64,000 bases of DNA from Chloroflexota bacterium (lineage in GTDB: Bacteria > Chloroflexota > Anaerolineae > B4-G1 > DUEL01). The number at the start of each line of letters is the position of its first letter. Within the stretch, counting starts at the first letter, position 1. Below the pieces are notes generated by a model. The model was not told where the DNA came from. It searched no databases and saw only the letters and a program-made list of their open reading frames with translations. The stretch spans positions 391,836 to 455,835 of the forward strand of contig JADBJJ010000023.1 in assembly GCA_014874475.1 (NCBI GenBank). Direction: 5' to 3'. Below are positions 10,287-21,788 of this stretch, piece by piece. Made by a program: the position numbers and the translations under genes.

Positions 10287-10482
10287 CTCAACCCTATTTC
10301 CAACCTTACGGCGAGACTTGCGCTTCACCACAAAACCTCTATCCCTTCACCATTCCGGGGCGTTTATCTTTCAGCTTCCTCAGGAACGGCCACCCGTCGC
10401 AGGTCAGTTTTTCTTCCATTCCACTCATCGGTTAACTCTACCACGCCCGCCAGATAGGGGCAAGGAAACACCCTCATCGGCC

Positions 10483-11034
10483 TTACTTTCGCCGGAACGG
10501 CATCCCCAAGAGTTCCAGCAGCCGCCGGGCCTCTTCGTCCGTCTTCGCGGTGGTCACAAAGGTGATTTCCATGCCGCGAATCTTGTCAATCTTGTCGTAG
10601 TTGATCTCCGGGAAAATCAACTGTTCGCGCAGCCCCAGCGTGTAGTTCCCCCGCCCGTCAAAGGCCGAGGAAGAAACGCCACGGAAGTCCCGCTGTCGTG
10701 GCAGCGCCACGTTGCACAGCCGGTCCAGGAACGCCCACATGCGCTCACCCCGCAGCGTCACCCTCACCCCGATGGCCCGCCCGGCCCGCAACTTGAAACT
10801 GGCGACGGACCTGCGCGCTTTGGTGATGACCGGCCGCTGGCCAGTGATGGTCGCCAGGTCCTGGACAGCAAAATCCAGCGACTTGGGATTATCCAGCGCC
10901 TCTCCCATGCCGATGTTGACGACAATCTTCTGCAGTTGCGGAACTTCCATGATGTTCCGGTAGCCGAACTCCCGCATGAGGGTCGGCCGAATCTGTTCCC
11001 GATACAAAGCCTGCAACCGCTGCATTGGACTCAC
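10483..11034 (-). CDS. rplE: 50S ribosomal protein L5
   Basis: The translation starts [46 protein letters not shown]..., which is an L5 signature. Confidence 0.95.
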   Translation of the reverse strand: MSPMQRLQALYREQIRPTLMREFGYRNIMEVPQLQKIVVNIGMGEALDNPKSLDFAVQDLATITGQRPVITKARRSVASFKLRAGRAIGVRVTLRGERMWAFLDRLCNVALPRQRDFRGVSSSAFDGRGNYTLGLREQLIFPEINYDKIDKIRGMEITFVTTAKTDEEARRLLELLGMPFRRK

Positions 11035-11054
11035 CTTTTAAATGGCAAATTCAA

Positions 11055-11378
11055 TCAAAATGATTGGCCGCACCGCTTGCAAATCCGCACTTTGCGCCCG
11101 TCCTCCTGGCGCTCAAAGCCCACCCGCGTAGCCTCCTTGCAATGCGGGCAGACGGGCATCACATCGGAAAGATGGATCGGCGCCTCAAACTGAATGCGTC
11201 CGGGCTGAATCCGTCCCCGGCCCGCGCGGATCGGTCGCTGATGCTTGGTGACCATATTGACTCCCGCCACCACCACCCGGTTCTCCTTCGGAAGCACCAG
11301 CCGGACCTCGCCGCGCTTCCCCCGGTCATCCCCGGCGATGACTTCCACCGTATCTCCCTTTTTGACCCGAATACCCAT
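11055..11378 (-). CDS. rplX: 50S ribosomal protein L24 with a C-terminal zinc-ribbon extension
   Basis: The translation starts MGIRVKKGDTVEVIAGDDRGKRGEV..., a KOW domain, and ends with CPHCKEATRV...RICKRCGQSF. This Thermus-type C-terminal zinc ribbon is known from that lineage. Confidence 0.9.
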   Translation of the reverse strand: MGIRVKKGDTVEVIAGDDRGKRGEVRLVLPKENRVVVAGVNMVTKHQRPIRAGRGRIQPGRIQFEAPIHLSDVMPVCPHCKEATRVGFERQEDGRKVRICKRCGQSF

Positions 11379-11434
11379 TCTTCACCTCGTTCCACAAACG
11401 GAATACAGAGTTCGTATTGCGTATTCCGTATTCG

Positions 11435-11806
11435 TTACAACACCTCTGGTGCCAGAGAGATGATCTTCATAAATCCCTTGTCCCGCAACTCCCGGGCGAC
11501 GGGCCCGAAAATACGGGTGCCGCGCGGATTGACGCCCGTGGCATCCAGAAGAACTGCCGCGTTGTCATCAAAGCGGATAGTGGAGCCATCAGGGCGCCGG
11601 TACTCTTTGGCCGTGCGGACAATGACCGCCTTGACCACGTCCCCCTTCTTCACCGAGGCGTTGGGCGTGGCCTGCTTGACGGTTGCCACAATGATATCGC
11701 CGACATAGCCGTACCGCCGCTTAGAACCGCCCATCACGCGGATGCAGAGCAGTTCTTTGGCCCCGGTGTTATCGGCCACCGTCAGACGGGTCTCCTGCTG
11801 GATCAT
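11435..11806 (-). CDS. rplN: 50S ribosomal protein L14
   Basis: The translation starts [32 protein letters not shown]..., which is an L14 signature. Confidence 0.95.
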   Translation of the reverse strand: MIQQETRLTVADNTGAKELLCIRVMGGSKRRYGYVGDIIVATVKQATPNASVKKGDVVKAVIVRTAKEYRRPDGSTIRFDDNAAVLLDATGVNPRGTRIFGPVARELRDKGFMKIISLAPEVL

Positions 11807-12075
11807 GCGGCCACCTCCTCAGGACGTTCGGACCGTTCCAGAATCTCTTCCACCACCCACCGCTTCAGCCGACTCAGCGGTCGGGATTCCACAATCCGCA
11901 CCAGGTCGCCCGTGCGGCATGAGTTCTCCTCATCGTGCGCGTAGTACTTCTTCCGCACCCGTACCACCTTGCCGTAGAGCGGGTGGCGACGGGTCCGTTC
12001 CACCTGCACCACCACCGTCTTTTGCATCTTATCGCTGATGACACGCCCGACCAGCTGCTTTCGCCGCTCTCTCAT
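11803..12075 (-). CDS. rpsQ: 30S ribosomal protein S17
   Basis: The translation starts [38 protein letters not shown]..., and the stop overlaps rplN by 4 nt. Confidence 0.9.
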   Translation of the reverse strand: MRERRKQLVGRVISDKMQKTVVVQVERTRRHPLYGKVVRVRKKYYAHDEENSCRTGDLVRIVESRPLSRLKRWVVEEILERSERPEEVAA

Positions 12076-12287
12076 TGCGTCGCCTCCTGCATCATCCGGG
12101 CCAGTTCCCGCTCCCGCAGGATAGTCCTGATGCGGGCAATCTCCCGCTTCGTGGCGGTGATGCGGTTATTATCTTGCAGACGATTCATAAACCAGTCCTG
12201 TCGCAGGACAAAGAGTTCCCGATAAGCATCTTCCAATCGGGCCCGCAATTCTGTATCCGTCAACGACCGGAGTTCTTTGGCTCGCAT
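12072..12287 (-). CDS. rpmC: 50S ribosomal protein L29
   Basis: The internal start at 12285-12287 gives [30 protein letters not shown]..., 71 aa. The listed 184-aa ORF is an upstream extension. Confidence 0.9.
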   Translation of the reverse strand: MRAKELRSLTDTELRARLEDAYRELFVLRQDWFMNRLQDNNRITATKREIARIRTILRERELARMMQEATQ

Positions 12288-12288
12288 A

Positions 12289-12711
12289 CTACTCCCCCAC
12301 CAACTTTTCTCGGGCGACAAACTGGCATTTGATGGGCAGTTTGTTGGCCGCCAGCCGCATGGCTTCTCGGGCCTGCTCTTCGGGCAGACCCGCCAGTTCA
12401 AAGAGGATACGGCCAGGCCGAACCACAGCCACCCAGTGGTCCACGGCGCCCTTGCCCTTGCCCATGCGGGTCTCGGCAGGCTTGGCCGTGACCGGCTTAT
12501 CCGGGAAAATCCGAATCCAGTACTTCCCACGCCGGCGGACGAAGCGGACAATAGCCCGCCGCGCGGCCTCAATCTGACGGCTGGTGATCCAGGCCGGCTC
12601 CAATGCCTGCAGGCCGTAGTCGCCAAAAGCGACCTCGGTGCCCCGGCTCTCGCGACCCTTCATCCGTCCGCGCATCTGTTTGCGATATTTCACCCGTTTC
12701 GGCATCAACAT
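12289..12711 (-). CDS. rplP: 50S ribosomal protein L16
   Basis: The translation starts [38 protein letters not shown]..., which is an L16 signature. Confidence 0.95.
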   Translation of the reverse strand: MLMPKRVKYRKQMRGRMKGRESRGTEVAFGDYGLQALEPAWITSRQIEAARRAIVRFVRRRGKYWIRIFPDKPVTAKPAETRMGKGKGAVDHWVAVVRPGRILFELAGLPEEQAREAMRLAANKLPIKCQFVAREKLVGE

Positions 12712-12724
12712 GGGCCCTTACTCC

Positions 12725-13405
12725 TCACACCACAAACGGCTGCGGTTGTTCCTCCACCATCTCGGGTCTCGCCTCAGGTGAGAGGATATCCCCTTTGTAA
12801 ATCCAGACCTTGACGCCGATGCGGCCATAGGTGGTATAAGCCTCGGCGCGGGCGAAGTCAATATCGGCGCGCAGGGTCTGGCGGGGGACCCGCCCCTCCC
12901 GCATCGCCACCGGACGAGCCATTTCGGCGCCCCCAATGCGCCCCTTGCAGATAACCCAGACTCCTTGGGCTCCGGCCCGCATCGCCTGCTGGATGGCTCG
13001 CTTCATCGCCCGACCGTGGGAAATCCGGCGCTCCAGTTGGGCCACAATGTTCTGGGCCACCAAGCGGGCATCCAGTTCCGGCTGCTCCACTTCCCGCACG
13101 TCCACGTGCACCCGCTTGCCGGTAATCTCCTCCAGTTCCTGCCGGAGCACCTTTACCGCGCCCCCCTTCCGCCCGATCACAATGCCCGGACGCGCCGTCC
13201 AGATGGTCACCTGCACCTGGTTGGGGAAGCGCTCAATCTCAATCCGGGAGACCCCTGCCGGAGCCAGTTCCCGCTCTATGTACTCCCGAATGCGCAGGTC
13301 CTCCTGCAACAGGTCCCGGTAGGCCTTGCCGTCGGCGTACCAGCGGGCTTTCCAATCCCGCAAAATCTTCAACCGAAAGCCGTAGGGATGTACCTTTCGT
13401 CCCAA
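12725..13405 (-). CDS. rpsC: 30S ribosomal protein S3 (probable TTG start)
   Basis: The KH and S3-C domains begin (L)GRKVHPYGFRLKILRDWKARWYA.... A TTG at 13403-13405 lies downstream of GGAGGG. An earlier start would overlap rplV, which ends at 13461. Start-codon choice is uncertain. Confidence 0.85.
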   Translation of the reverse strand: MGRKVHPYGFRLKILRDWKARWYADGKAYRDLLQEDLRIREYIERELAPAGVSRIEIERFPNQVQVTIWTARPGIVIGRKGGAVKVLRQELEEITGKRVHVDVREVEQPELDARLVAQNIVAQLERRISHGRAMKRAIQQAMRAGAQGVWVICKGRIGGAEMARPVAMREGRVPRQTLRADIDFARAEAYTTYGRIGVKVWIYKGDILSPEARPEMVEEQPQPFVV

Positions 13406-13460
13406 AATGTCCCTCCGTGGTGTAAAATCAGCGAATAGCCGATCCTTTGACTCCCTTATT

Positions 13461-13817
13461 TCACTCTTCCTCAAACTCGTCCAGAACAACCGTGATGTGG
13501 GACGAGCGGCGACGGATCGGGCGATACCGTCCCCGGGCGGCGAAGCGCGGCCGCCACCCTTGGCCCGGCGCCACGCCTGGCCCTTCGTCGGCCACAATCT
13601 GGGCGATGTACAGATTGTCCCGGGAGAGGCCAATGTTCTCTTCCGCGTTGGCGACAGCCGAGCGGATCAGTTTCTCCACCGGGCGCGCGGCGGCGTGCGG
13701 CATCAGTCGCAACACCTCCAGTGCCCCCACCACATCCATACCTCGCACCTGGTCAATCACCCGGCGCACCTTTCGCGCCGACATCGGTATATGCTTCGCC
13801 TGTGCACGGACCTCCAT
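13461..13817 (-). CDS. rplV: 50S ribosomal protein L22
   Basis: The start at 13815-13817 gives MEVRAQAKHIPMSARKVRRVIDQVRGMDV..., which is an L22 signature. Confidence 0.9.
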   Translation of the reverse strand: MEVRAQAKHIPMSARKVRRVIDQVRGMDVVGALEVLRLMPHAAARPVEKLIRSAVANAEENIGLSRDNLYIAQIVADEGPGVAPGQGWRPRFAARGRYRPIRRRSSHITVVLDEFEEE

Positions 13818-13844
13818 AATCCCTACTCCTCTCAATTCCGGCTC

Positions 13845-14135
13845 TTACTTCTTCCGCCGCACTTCACCCTTCTTCTCTTTGGTGACGTGCCCCCGATAGG
13901 TCCGGGTTGGAGCGAATTCCCCCAGTTTGTGACCGACCATGTTCTCGGTGATGTAGATGGGCACATGCCGCCGCCCGTCGTGAACGGCGATGGTGTGGCC
14001 CACCATTTGCGGGAAGATGGTGGAAGCCCGGGACCAGGTCCGGATCACCCGTTTCTCCCCGGCCCGATTCAGTTCCTCAATTTTCCGCAGCAACTTCGGG
14101 TCTACATACGGGCCTTTTTTCAGCGAGCGTCCCAT
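13845..14135 (-). CDS. rpsS: 30S ribosomal protein S19
   Basis: The translation starts [23 protein letters not shown]...[11 protein letters not shown]..., which is an S19 signature. Confidence 0.95.
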   Translation of the reverse strand: MGRSLKKGPYVDPKLLRKIEELNRAGEKRVIRTWSRASTIFPQMVGHTIAVHDGRRHVPIYITENMVGHKLGEFAPTRTYRGHVTKEKKGEVRRKK

Positions 14136-14168
14136 ATTCCTCTACTCCCTACTGCGTATTCCGTCCAC

Positions 14169-15005
14169 TTACTGCCGGCGCGTGCCCCGACGACGGATGA
14201 TGTACCTATCCGTCGTCTTGTTGCGACGGGTCTTCTTGCCCAGGGTCGGCTTGCCCCACGGCGTCTTTGGGCCGGGCATGCCGATGGGGGAGCGCCCCTC
14301 GCCACCGCCATGGGGGTGGTCGCGTGGGCTCATTGCGGAACCGCGCACATGCGGACGCCGTCCCAGCCAGCGTTTGCGGCCCGCCTTGCCCAACTTGACG
14401 TGGGTATGATCCTCGTTCCCCACCTGCCCGACCGTCGCCATACACTCTTTGCGGATCAGCCGCATCTCACCACTGGGCAGCCGGACCGTCACATAGTCCC
14501 CTTCCTTCGCCAGCACCTGGGCAGCGCAACCCGCCGATCGGACCAACTGTCCGCCCCGTCCGGGATACAACTCAATGTTGTGAATCGTTGTCCCCAACGG
14601 GATGCGCTCCAGCGGCAGCGAGTTCCCCGCCCGGATCTCAGCGGTCGGGCCGCTCATCACCGTATCTCCCACCTTCAGGCCCAGCGGAGCCAGGATATAC
14701 CGCTTTTCGCCGTCCGCGTAGACCAGCAGGGCGATGCGCGCCGAGCGGTTGGGATCGTACTCTATAGAGGCCACGCGGGCCGGAATGCCGTACTTATCCC
14801 GCTTGAAGTCAATCAGACGGTACAGCCGCTTGTGGCCGCCACCCCGGTGGCGAATCGTGATCCGTCCCTGGACATTCCGTCCGCCCCTTTTCCGCAAGGG
14901 AACAACCAGGCTCCGCTCCGGCGCGGTCTTCGTGATCTCCTCAAACAGTGAGCCAGTCATCCCCCGGCGTCCGGGCGATGTCGGCTTATAGACCTTGATC
15001 CCCAC
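14169..15005 (-). CDS. rplB: 50S ribosomal protein L2 (GTG start)
   Basis: The GTG at 15003-15005 gives (M)[15 protein letters not shown]..., and the L2 C-terminal motif GGGEGR is present. The listed ORF is extended upstream through rplW. Confidence 0.9.
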   Translation of the reverse strand: MGIKVYKPTSPGRRGMTGSLFEEITKTAPERSLVVPLRKRGGRNVQGRITIRHRGGGHKRLYRLIDFKRDKYGIPARVASIEYDPNRSARIALLVYADGEKRYILAPLGLKVGDTVMSGPTAEIRAGNSLPLERIPLGTTIHNIELYPGRGGQLVRSAGCAAQVLAKEGDYVTVRLPSGEMRLIRKECMATVGQVGNEDHTHVKLGKAGRKRWLGRRPHVRGSAMSPRDHPHGGGEGRSPIGMPGPKTPWGKPTLGKKTRRNKTTDRYIIRRRGTRRQ

Positions 15006-15006
15006 C

Positions 15007-15309
15007 TTAGCCCTCCAGCACTTCCAGTTCCGGGATTCGCTCCCCCTCGGCGAGGGTGACCACTGCCTTCTTCCAGGCCGGAATCCGCACCACCCGACGG
15101 CGTCCCCACCGCCGGACGGCTTTGGCCGGCATGTTGGCAATGTTCACCGTCTCCACGTGGACCTTATAGATCGTCTCCACTGCCTGCTTGACCAGGGCCT
15201 TGTTCGCCCGCCGGTCCACCTCAAAGGTGTACTGCCGTCGGCGGAGCGAGGTGGCCCTCTGGGTCTTTTCCGTCAAAACCGGACGTTTGATAACCTCGTA
15301 CAGATGCAT
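15007..15309 (-). CDS. rplW: 50S ribosomal protein L23
   Basis: The translation starts [22 protein letters not shown]..., which is an L23 signature. Confidence 0.9.
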   Translation of the reverse strand: MHLYEVIKRPVLTEKTQRATSLRRRQYTFEVDRRANKALVKQAVETIYKVHVETVNIANMPAKAVRRWGRRRVVRIPAWKKAVVTLAEGERIPELEVLEG

Positions 15310-15313
15310 GGCC

Positions 15314-15937
15314 TTACCCCAGAATGGACTCTATCACCTGCAGGGCGCCCAGCGGCATGACCACTTTCTCGTACTGCAACAGGTCGCGGATATTCAGATA
15401 ACTGGCATGGAGCGCCTTCACCTTCGGCAGGTTGCGCACCGACTTCTCCACCGTCTCATTACGGCCAGGCAGGAGAATCAGGGCATCCTCCCCCACATTG
15501 AGCCGGGAAAGGACCTCCCGCATTTCCCGCGTCTTCGGCTCCGGCAACTCCAGATGGTCCACCACCACGATCTGCTGATGACCGGCCTTTACGCTCAGGG
15601 CGCTGCGCAGGGCGGCCCGGCGCATCTTCTTGGGCATCTGCTGTTCGTAACTGCGGGGCTTGGGCCCGTGGGCGATGCCGCCGCCGACGAAAATGGGCGC
15701 GTTCCGGCTGCCGTGGCGGGCCCGACCCGTCCCCTTCTGCCGGTACCACTTGGCCGTGGTTCGGTTCACCTCGCCGCGCGTCCGGGTCTTGTGCGTCCCC
15801 AGGCGGGCGTTGGCCAATTGCCGCACCAGCGCCTGGTGCATCAGCGGCACGTTGACCGGCGCCTCAAAGATGTCGGGCCGTAACTCTATCTCATCTACTT
15901 GCTGCCCGCTCATGTTCCAGACGGGAACTTTCATCAT
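15314..15937 (-). CDS. rplD: 50S ribosomal protein L4
   Basis: It contains the L4 core motif GTHKTRTRGEVNRTTAKWYRQKGTGRARHGS. Confidence 0.9.
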   Translation of the reverse strand: MMKVPVWNMSGQQVDEIELRPDIFEAPVNVPLMHQALVRQLANARLGTHKTRTRGEVNRTTAKWYRQKGTGRARHGSRNAPIFVGGGIAHGPKPRSYEQQMPKKMRRAALRSALSVKAGHQQIVVVDHLELPEPKTREMREVLSRLNVGEDALILLPGRNETVEKSVRNLPKVKALHASYLNIRDLLQYEKVVMPLGALQVIESILG

Positions 15938-15979
15938 CTACCCCCTACTCCATAAACTCCAGGCTACGGATTCTGTTCC

Positions 15980-16669
15980 CTACCCCTTGCGCAGTTCCTT
16001 CGTCTTTCGGGCCTGCTTGATCATCACCAGGCTGCCCCGGTGACCCGGGACGGCACCGCGCACCGCCAGCAGGTTCCGCTCCGGGTCCACCATAACCACT
16101 TCCAGGTTCTGAACGGTCACCCGCACGCCGCCCATACGGCCGGGCATTCGGAGACCCTTCAGCACTCGGCCCGGCGTCGTGGTGGCGCCAATGGAGCCGT
16201 GGCGACGCTCCCGGTCTGATTGACCGTGGGTCTTGGGCTGGCGGTTGAAGCCGTGACGCTTGATGCCCCCGGCGAACCCGCGCCCTTTGGACGTACCCAC
16301 CACATCCACTCGATCGCCGACCTGGAAAACGGCCACGGTGATTTTCTCACCCTCAGCGGGTGCCTCTTCCGGCTTCACGCGGAACTCTCGCAGGCGGCGC
16401 AGTGGCCCGGGTATCCCCTTCAGCATCCGCCGGCGCGGGTGGACGGAGTCGGTTTTCAACAGGCCCAGATGGCCCAGTTGCCCGCGCGTCAGACGGGGGG
16501 GGTTCACCGGCTCAAAACCCAACTGGACCGCGCTGTAGCCATCCCGCTCCGGTGTCTTGACCTGAGTGACCCAGCAGGGCCCGGCCTCAATCACCGTGAC
16601 CGGGATCGCCTCGCCCTCGGCAGTAAACAACGTGGTCATTCCCACTTTTTTCCCCAGGATTCCCTTCAC
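15980..16669 (-). CDS. rplC: 50S ribosomal protein L3 (probable GTG start giving MKGILGKK...)
   Basis: A GGAGGA RBS lies 9 nt upstream of the GTG at 16667-16669, giving the typical L3 N-terminus MKGILGKKVGMT. The listed ORF begins 9 nt earlier at a GTG with no usable RBS spacing. Confidence 0.88.
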   Translation of the reverse strand: MKGILGKKVGMTTLFTAEGEAIPVTVIEAGPCWVTQVKTPERDGYSAVQLGFEPVNPPRLTRGQLGHLGLLKTDSVHPRRRMLKGIPGPLRRLREFRVKPEEAPAEGEKITVAVFQVGDRVDVVGTSKGRGFAGGIKRHGFNRQPKTHGQSDRERRHGSIGATTTPGRVLKGLRMPGRMGGVRVTVQNLEVVMVDPERNLLAVRGAVPGHRGSLVMIKQARKTKELRKG

Positions 16670-16804
16670 GATACTCACTCCTCCATGGGACTGCCAGCCC
16701 TGAGACAGGCCGCATCATCCCAGTTTCAGGATACAAGGATACAGGGATAGAAAGACAGCGGCAGTGAAAGACCTTGTTCCCTGTCCGCCCTTTTCCCTGT
16801 CTAC

Positions 16805-17113
16805 TTACAACTTAATTTCTATGTCCACGCCTGCGGGCAGGTTGAGCCGCATCAGCGCATCTATGGTCTTATTATCCGGCTCCAGGACATCTATCACCCG
16901 CTTGTGGGTCCGGATTTCAAAGTGCTCGTGGGAGTCCTTGTCAATGAAGGTGGACCGGCGCACAGTGAAGCGCTCTATTTGGGTCGGCAACGGGATAGGG
17001 CCGACTACTGTCGCTCCTGTGCGCTCGGCCGTCTCCACGATGCGCCGGGCGGACTCATCCAGCACGCGATGGTCGTACGCCTTCAGGCGGATCCGAATCC
17101 TCTGTTTGGCCAT
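16805..17113 (-). CDS. rpsJ: 30S ribosomal protein S10
   Basis: The translation starts [34 protein letters not shown]..., which is an S10 signature. Confidence 0.95.
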   Translation of the reverse strand: MAKQRIRIRLKAYDHRVLDESARRIVETAERTGATVVGPIPLPTQIERFTVRRSTFIDKDSHEHFEIRTHKRVIDVLEPDNKTIDALMRLNLPAGVDIEIKL

Positions 17114-17133
17114 ATCGGTAGATGGGTAACTGG

Positions 17134-18351
<1,218 letters not shown>

Positions 18352-18574
18352 TTCTCCTCTCTCCTTTCACCAGATGATTCACTGATTCAGAGATTTGCCG
18401 CAACTGATTCGGCCCTCGCTCCCCCTCAACGGGGGTCAGAAGGTGTGGGGTTTTGCGGCGACCTGTGGCCGCCGCAAAACCCGTTTCTCTGCCCGTCTGA
18501 AATAATTCGGGCCGGAGTTATCCTCCGGCCCGAACGGCTCTGGAGAACAACTCCCAACTTAGTGAGAGCGTCTT

Positions 18575-20650
18575 CTACCAGCCACGACCACCATATAAAA
18601 TGGCCTCCATCTGCTCTTTATCCACCGGTGCGTAGTGGTGGAATTCCATCGTAAACGTGCCTCGTCCCTGGGTCAGGGAACGGACGTCGGTGGCATAACC
18701 GAACATCCGGGCCAGGGGCACCATCGCCCGGACGGCGCGCACACCGCCCGGCCGCTGTTCCATCCCTTCAATGGCGGCTCCCCGGCTATTTAGGTCACCG
18801 ATGACCTCCCCCAGAGAGGCTTCGGGCACCACCACCTCCGTCCGCATCACCGGCTCCAGCAGCACCGGCTTCGCCTCCTCCACCGCCCGCTTGAAGGCGA
18901 TAGACCCGGCCACCTTAAAAGCCAGTTCGGTGGAGGTTTCCGCGTCCCATGTCCCATCCAGCAGGGTGACCTGTACGTCCACCAGGGGATAGCCCGCCAG
19001 GACGCCGCTCTCCATCGCCTCGCTGCACCCCTCTTCCACCGCCTTCACAAAGGGCGGCAGCAGGAGTTTCCCCCGGCTGGGGTCCTGAAACCGGAATCCA
19101 CCCCCGGACGGCAACGGCTCTACCGCCAGGCGTACCCGGGCGTACTGGAGACTCCCACTGATGGGCCGGTCAAACACGGCCTCTGCCTCGGCGCGGGCGG
19201 TCACTGTCTCCCGGTAAGCCACCCGAGGACGTCCCACCCGCCCTTCCACACGAAACTCCCGCACCAGCCGGTCCACCAGAATCTCTAGGTGAAGCTCCCC
19301 CATCCCGGCGAGAATCGTCTGCCCGGTGTTCTCGTCGGTGCGGACGACAAAGGTGGGGTCTTCCTCCGCCAGCCGACGCAGGGCCTGGTGCAGTTGCTCC
19401 TGGTCTGCCTGCGTCTTCGGCTCAATGGCCACGAAGACCACCGGCTCCGGAAAGACGATGGGCTCCAGCACGATGGGAGCGGTCGGTGGGCAGAGGGTGT
19501 CGCCGGTGAAGGTGGCCTTCAGGCCAACCACGCCGCCGATGTCCCCGGCTGTCAGTTCGGCGATCTCTTCCCGGTCCCGGGCAAACATCCGCAAGAGTTT
19601 GCCGATGCGCTCCGTCTGCCCTTTGCCAGGGTTATAAACGGAAGAGCCGACCTTGAGTTTGCCCGAGTAGACCCGCACATAGACCAGACGGCCCACGTAG
19701 GGGTCGCTGGCCACCTTGAAGGCCAGGGCCGCCAGCGGGGCATTGACGTCGGCGGGGCGGGTCTCCGGCTCTCCGGTGCGGGGGTTTTCTCCCTCTACGG
19801 GTGGGATATCCAGGGGGGAGGGCAGGTAGTCCACGATGGCGTCCAGCAGAGGCTGCACCCCCTTGTTGCGCAGGGCAGAGCCGCAAAGCACCGGGACCAG
19901 GGTCCCGGCGATGGTGGCCCGCCGCAGGGCCCGCCGCAGGTCCGCCGCGGGAATCTCCTCACCCTCCAGGTAGCGGGCCATCAGGTCATCGTCCGTCTCC
20001 ACAATCTGCTCCAGGACCCGCTCCCGCAACTCCTGGACCTCGTGGGCCAGTTCCGGAGGGATGGGTTCTATCACCGGCTCCCTGCCCAACTCGTCCACCC
20101 AGGTGACCGCGCGCATCTCCAGCAGGTCCACCGCGCCCCGGAACGAGAGTTCCCGGCCGATGGGCCACTGGAGCATCACGGGGTTGGCCCCCAGTCGCTC
20201 CCGGATGGTCTCGGTGGCATGGGCGAAGTCGGCGCCCAGTTTATCCATTTTGTTAATGAAAGCGATAAGGGGCACGCCAAAGGAGCGGGCCTGCCGCCAG
20301 ACGGTCTCCGACTGGGGCTCCACCCCAGCGACGGCGTCAAAGACTACGACGCCTCCGTCCAGGACGCGCAGGCTACGCTGCACCTCGGCGGTGAAGTCAA
20401 TGTGCCCCGGCGTATCTATGATGTTAATCTGATGGTCGCGCCAGAAGCAGGTGACAGCGGCAGCGGTGATGGTAATGCCCCGTTCCCGCTCCTGGACCAT
20501 CCAGTCGGTGACGGTGGTCCCTTCGTCCACCGTCCCCATCCGATGAGTTCTTCCCGTGTAAAAAAGAATCCGTTCGGTGGTAGTGGTTTTCCCCGCGTCT
20601 ATGTGGGCGATGATCCCGATGTTGCGAACCCGCTCCAGTGGCCATGCCAT
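18575..20650 (-). CDS. fusA: elongation factor G
   Basis: The translation contains [24 protein letters not shown]...; it is 691 aa with domain II-V motifs. Confidence 0.97.
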   Translation of the reverse strand: MAWPLERVRNIGIIAHIDAGKTTTTERILFYTGRTHRMGTVDEGTTVTDWMVQERERGITITAAAVTCFWRDHQINIIDTPGHIDFTAEVQRSLRVLDGGVVVFDAVAGVEPQSETVWRQARSFGVPLIAFINKMDKLGADFAHATETIRERLGANPVMLQWPIGRELSFRGAVDLLEMRAVTWVDELGREPVIEPIPPELAHEVQELRERVLEQIVETDDDLMARYLEGEEIPAADLRRALRRATIAGTLVPVLCGSALRNKGVQPLLDAIVDYLPSPLDIPPVEGENPRTGEPETRPADVNAPLAALAFKVASDPYVGRLVYVRVYSGKLKVGSSVYNPGKGQTERIGKLLRMFARDREEIAELTAGDIGGVVGLKATFTGDTLCPPTAPIVLEPIVFPEPVVFVAIEPKTQADQEQLHQALRRLAEEDPTFVVRTDENTGQTILAGMGELHLEILVDRLVREFRVEGRVGRPRVAYRETVTARAEAEAVFDRPISGSLQYARVRLAVEPLPSGGGFRFQDPSRGKLLLPPFVKAVEEGCSEAMESGVLAGYPLVDVQVTLLDGTWDAETSTELAFKVAGSIAFKRAVEEAKPVLLEPVMRTEVVVPEASLGEVIGDLNSRGAAIEGMEQRPGGVRAVRAMVPLARMFGYATDVRSLTQGRGTFTMEFHHYAPVDKEQMEAILYGGRGW

Positions 20651-20695
20651 CGCATCTGTCCCTCCGGGTCGCCCGGGCGCCCACCCGAGCAGGCA

Positions 20696-21166
20696 CTACC
20701 ACCGGTAGTGGGCAAACGCCTGGTTGGCCTCGGCCATCCTATGGGTATCTTCCCGTTTCTTGATGGCGGCGCCGGTCTTGTTGACGGCGTCCATCAGTTC
20801 GGCGGCCAGTCTTTCGGCCATAGAGCGCCCGGACCGATTGCGAGCGGCATCCAGAATCCAGCGGATGGTCAGACTGATCTGGCGGTGGGGCGGTACCTCC
20901 ACCGGAACCTGGTAGGTCGCCCCGCCGACGCGCCGGGGTTTGACCTCCAGGATGGGGGTGACATTCCGCACCGCCTCCTCCAGTACCTCCAGCGCCGGTC
21001 GCCGGGTCCGCTCCTGGAGAATATCCATCGCCTGGTACATAATGCGGGTCGCCAGGCTCTTCTTGCCGTCTTTCATTATTTTGTTGATGAACTTGGCGAC
21101 CAGGACGCTGTTATAGCGCAGGTCCGGCTCAACTTCTCGTTTAGGTGGACGGTATCGTCTGGGCAT
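20696..21166 (-). CDS. rpsG: 30S ribosomal protein S7
   Basis: The translation starts [37 protein letters not shown]..., which is an S7 signature. Confidence 0.95.
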   Translation of the reverse strand: MPRRYRPPKREVEPDLRYNSVLVAKFINKIMKDGKKSLATRIMYQAMDILQERTRRPALEVLEEAVRNVTPILEVKPRRVGGATYQVPVEVPPHRQISLTIRWILDAARNRSGRSMAERLAAELMDAVNKTGAAIKKREDTHRMAEANQAFAHYRW

Positions 21167-21186
21167 CCTTCCTCACCGATCCCTGC

Positions 21187-21645
21187 CTACTTCTTCCCTG
21201 GCTTCGCGCCAGGCTTGGCCGGGCCCTTGCCCTTGCCGACTTTGGTGCCGTACTTGGAGCGCTGCTGAGCGCGACCATCCACCCCCGCAGAATCCAGCGC
21301 GCCCCGGATGATGTGGTAGCGGACGCCGGGGAGGTCCTTCACACGGCCGCCGCGCACCAGCACCACCGAGTGCTCCTGCAGGTTGTGCCCTTCGCCGGGG
21401 ATATAGGCTGTAATCTCAATGCCGTTGGTCAGCCGCACGCGGGCGATTTTGCGCAGCGCGGAGTTCGGCTTCTTCGGCGTCATCGTCCGCACCTGGGTGC
21501 AGACGCCCCGCTTCTGCGGCGCGCCCTTCGGCATCCGGAAGCGCCGCTGCTTGTACGAGTTAAAGATGTGCTGCAGCGCTGGCGCCTTGGTCTTCTTCTC
21601 CTTCGGCTTCCGTCCTTTGCGAACCAGTTGATTGATCGTCGGCAC
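21187..21645 (-). CDS. rpsL: 30S ribosomal protein S12 with an internal insertion and a Lys/Gly/Pro-rich C-terminal tail
   Basis: The translation [13 protein letters not shown]...[28 protein letters not shown]...[25 protein letters not shown] matches S12. An extra segment of about 13 aa, [14 protein letters not shown], lies between PAL and KGAPQ. Confidence 0.95.
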   Translation of the reverse strand: MPTINQLVRKGRKPKEKKTKAPALQHIFNSYKQRRFRMPKGAPQKRGVCTQVRTMTPKKPNSALRKIARVRLTNGIEITAYIPGEGHNLQEHSVVLVRGGRVKDLPGVRYHIIRGALDSAGVDGRAQQRSKYGTKVGKGKGPAKPGAKPGKK

Positions 21646-21788
21646 GGTCTCTCTCCCTCAGATTCCGCGAAGAAGGCCATCTGTGCCAACCGATGGCCTC
21701 CTTCCGCCTTCACGAGTCCTTTCGTGTACGGCAGGGGCTTTGGCTGCCGTCCATCTGACAAGGAGGCATTTTACCACAGATTGTGAAT

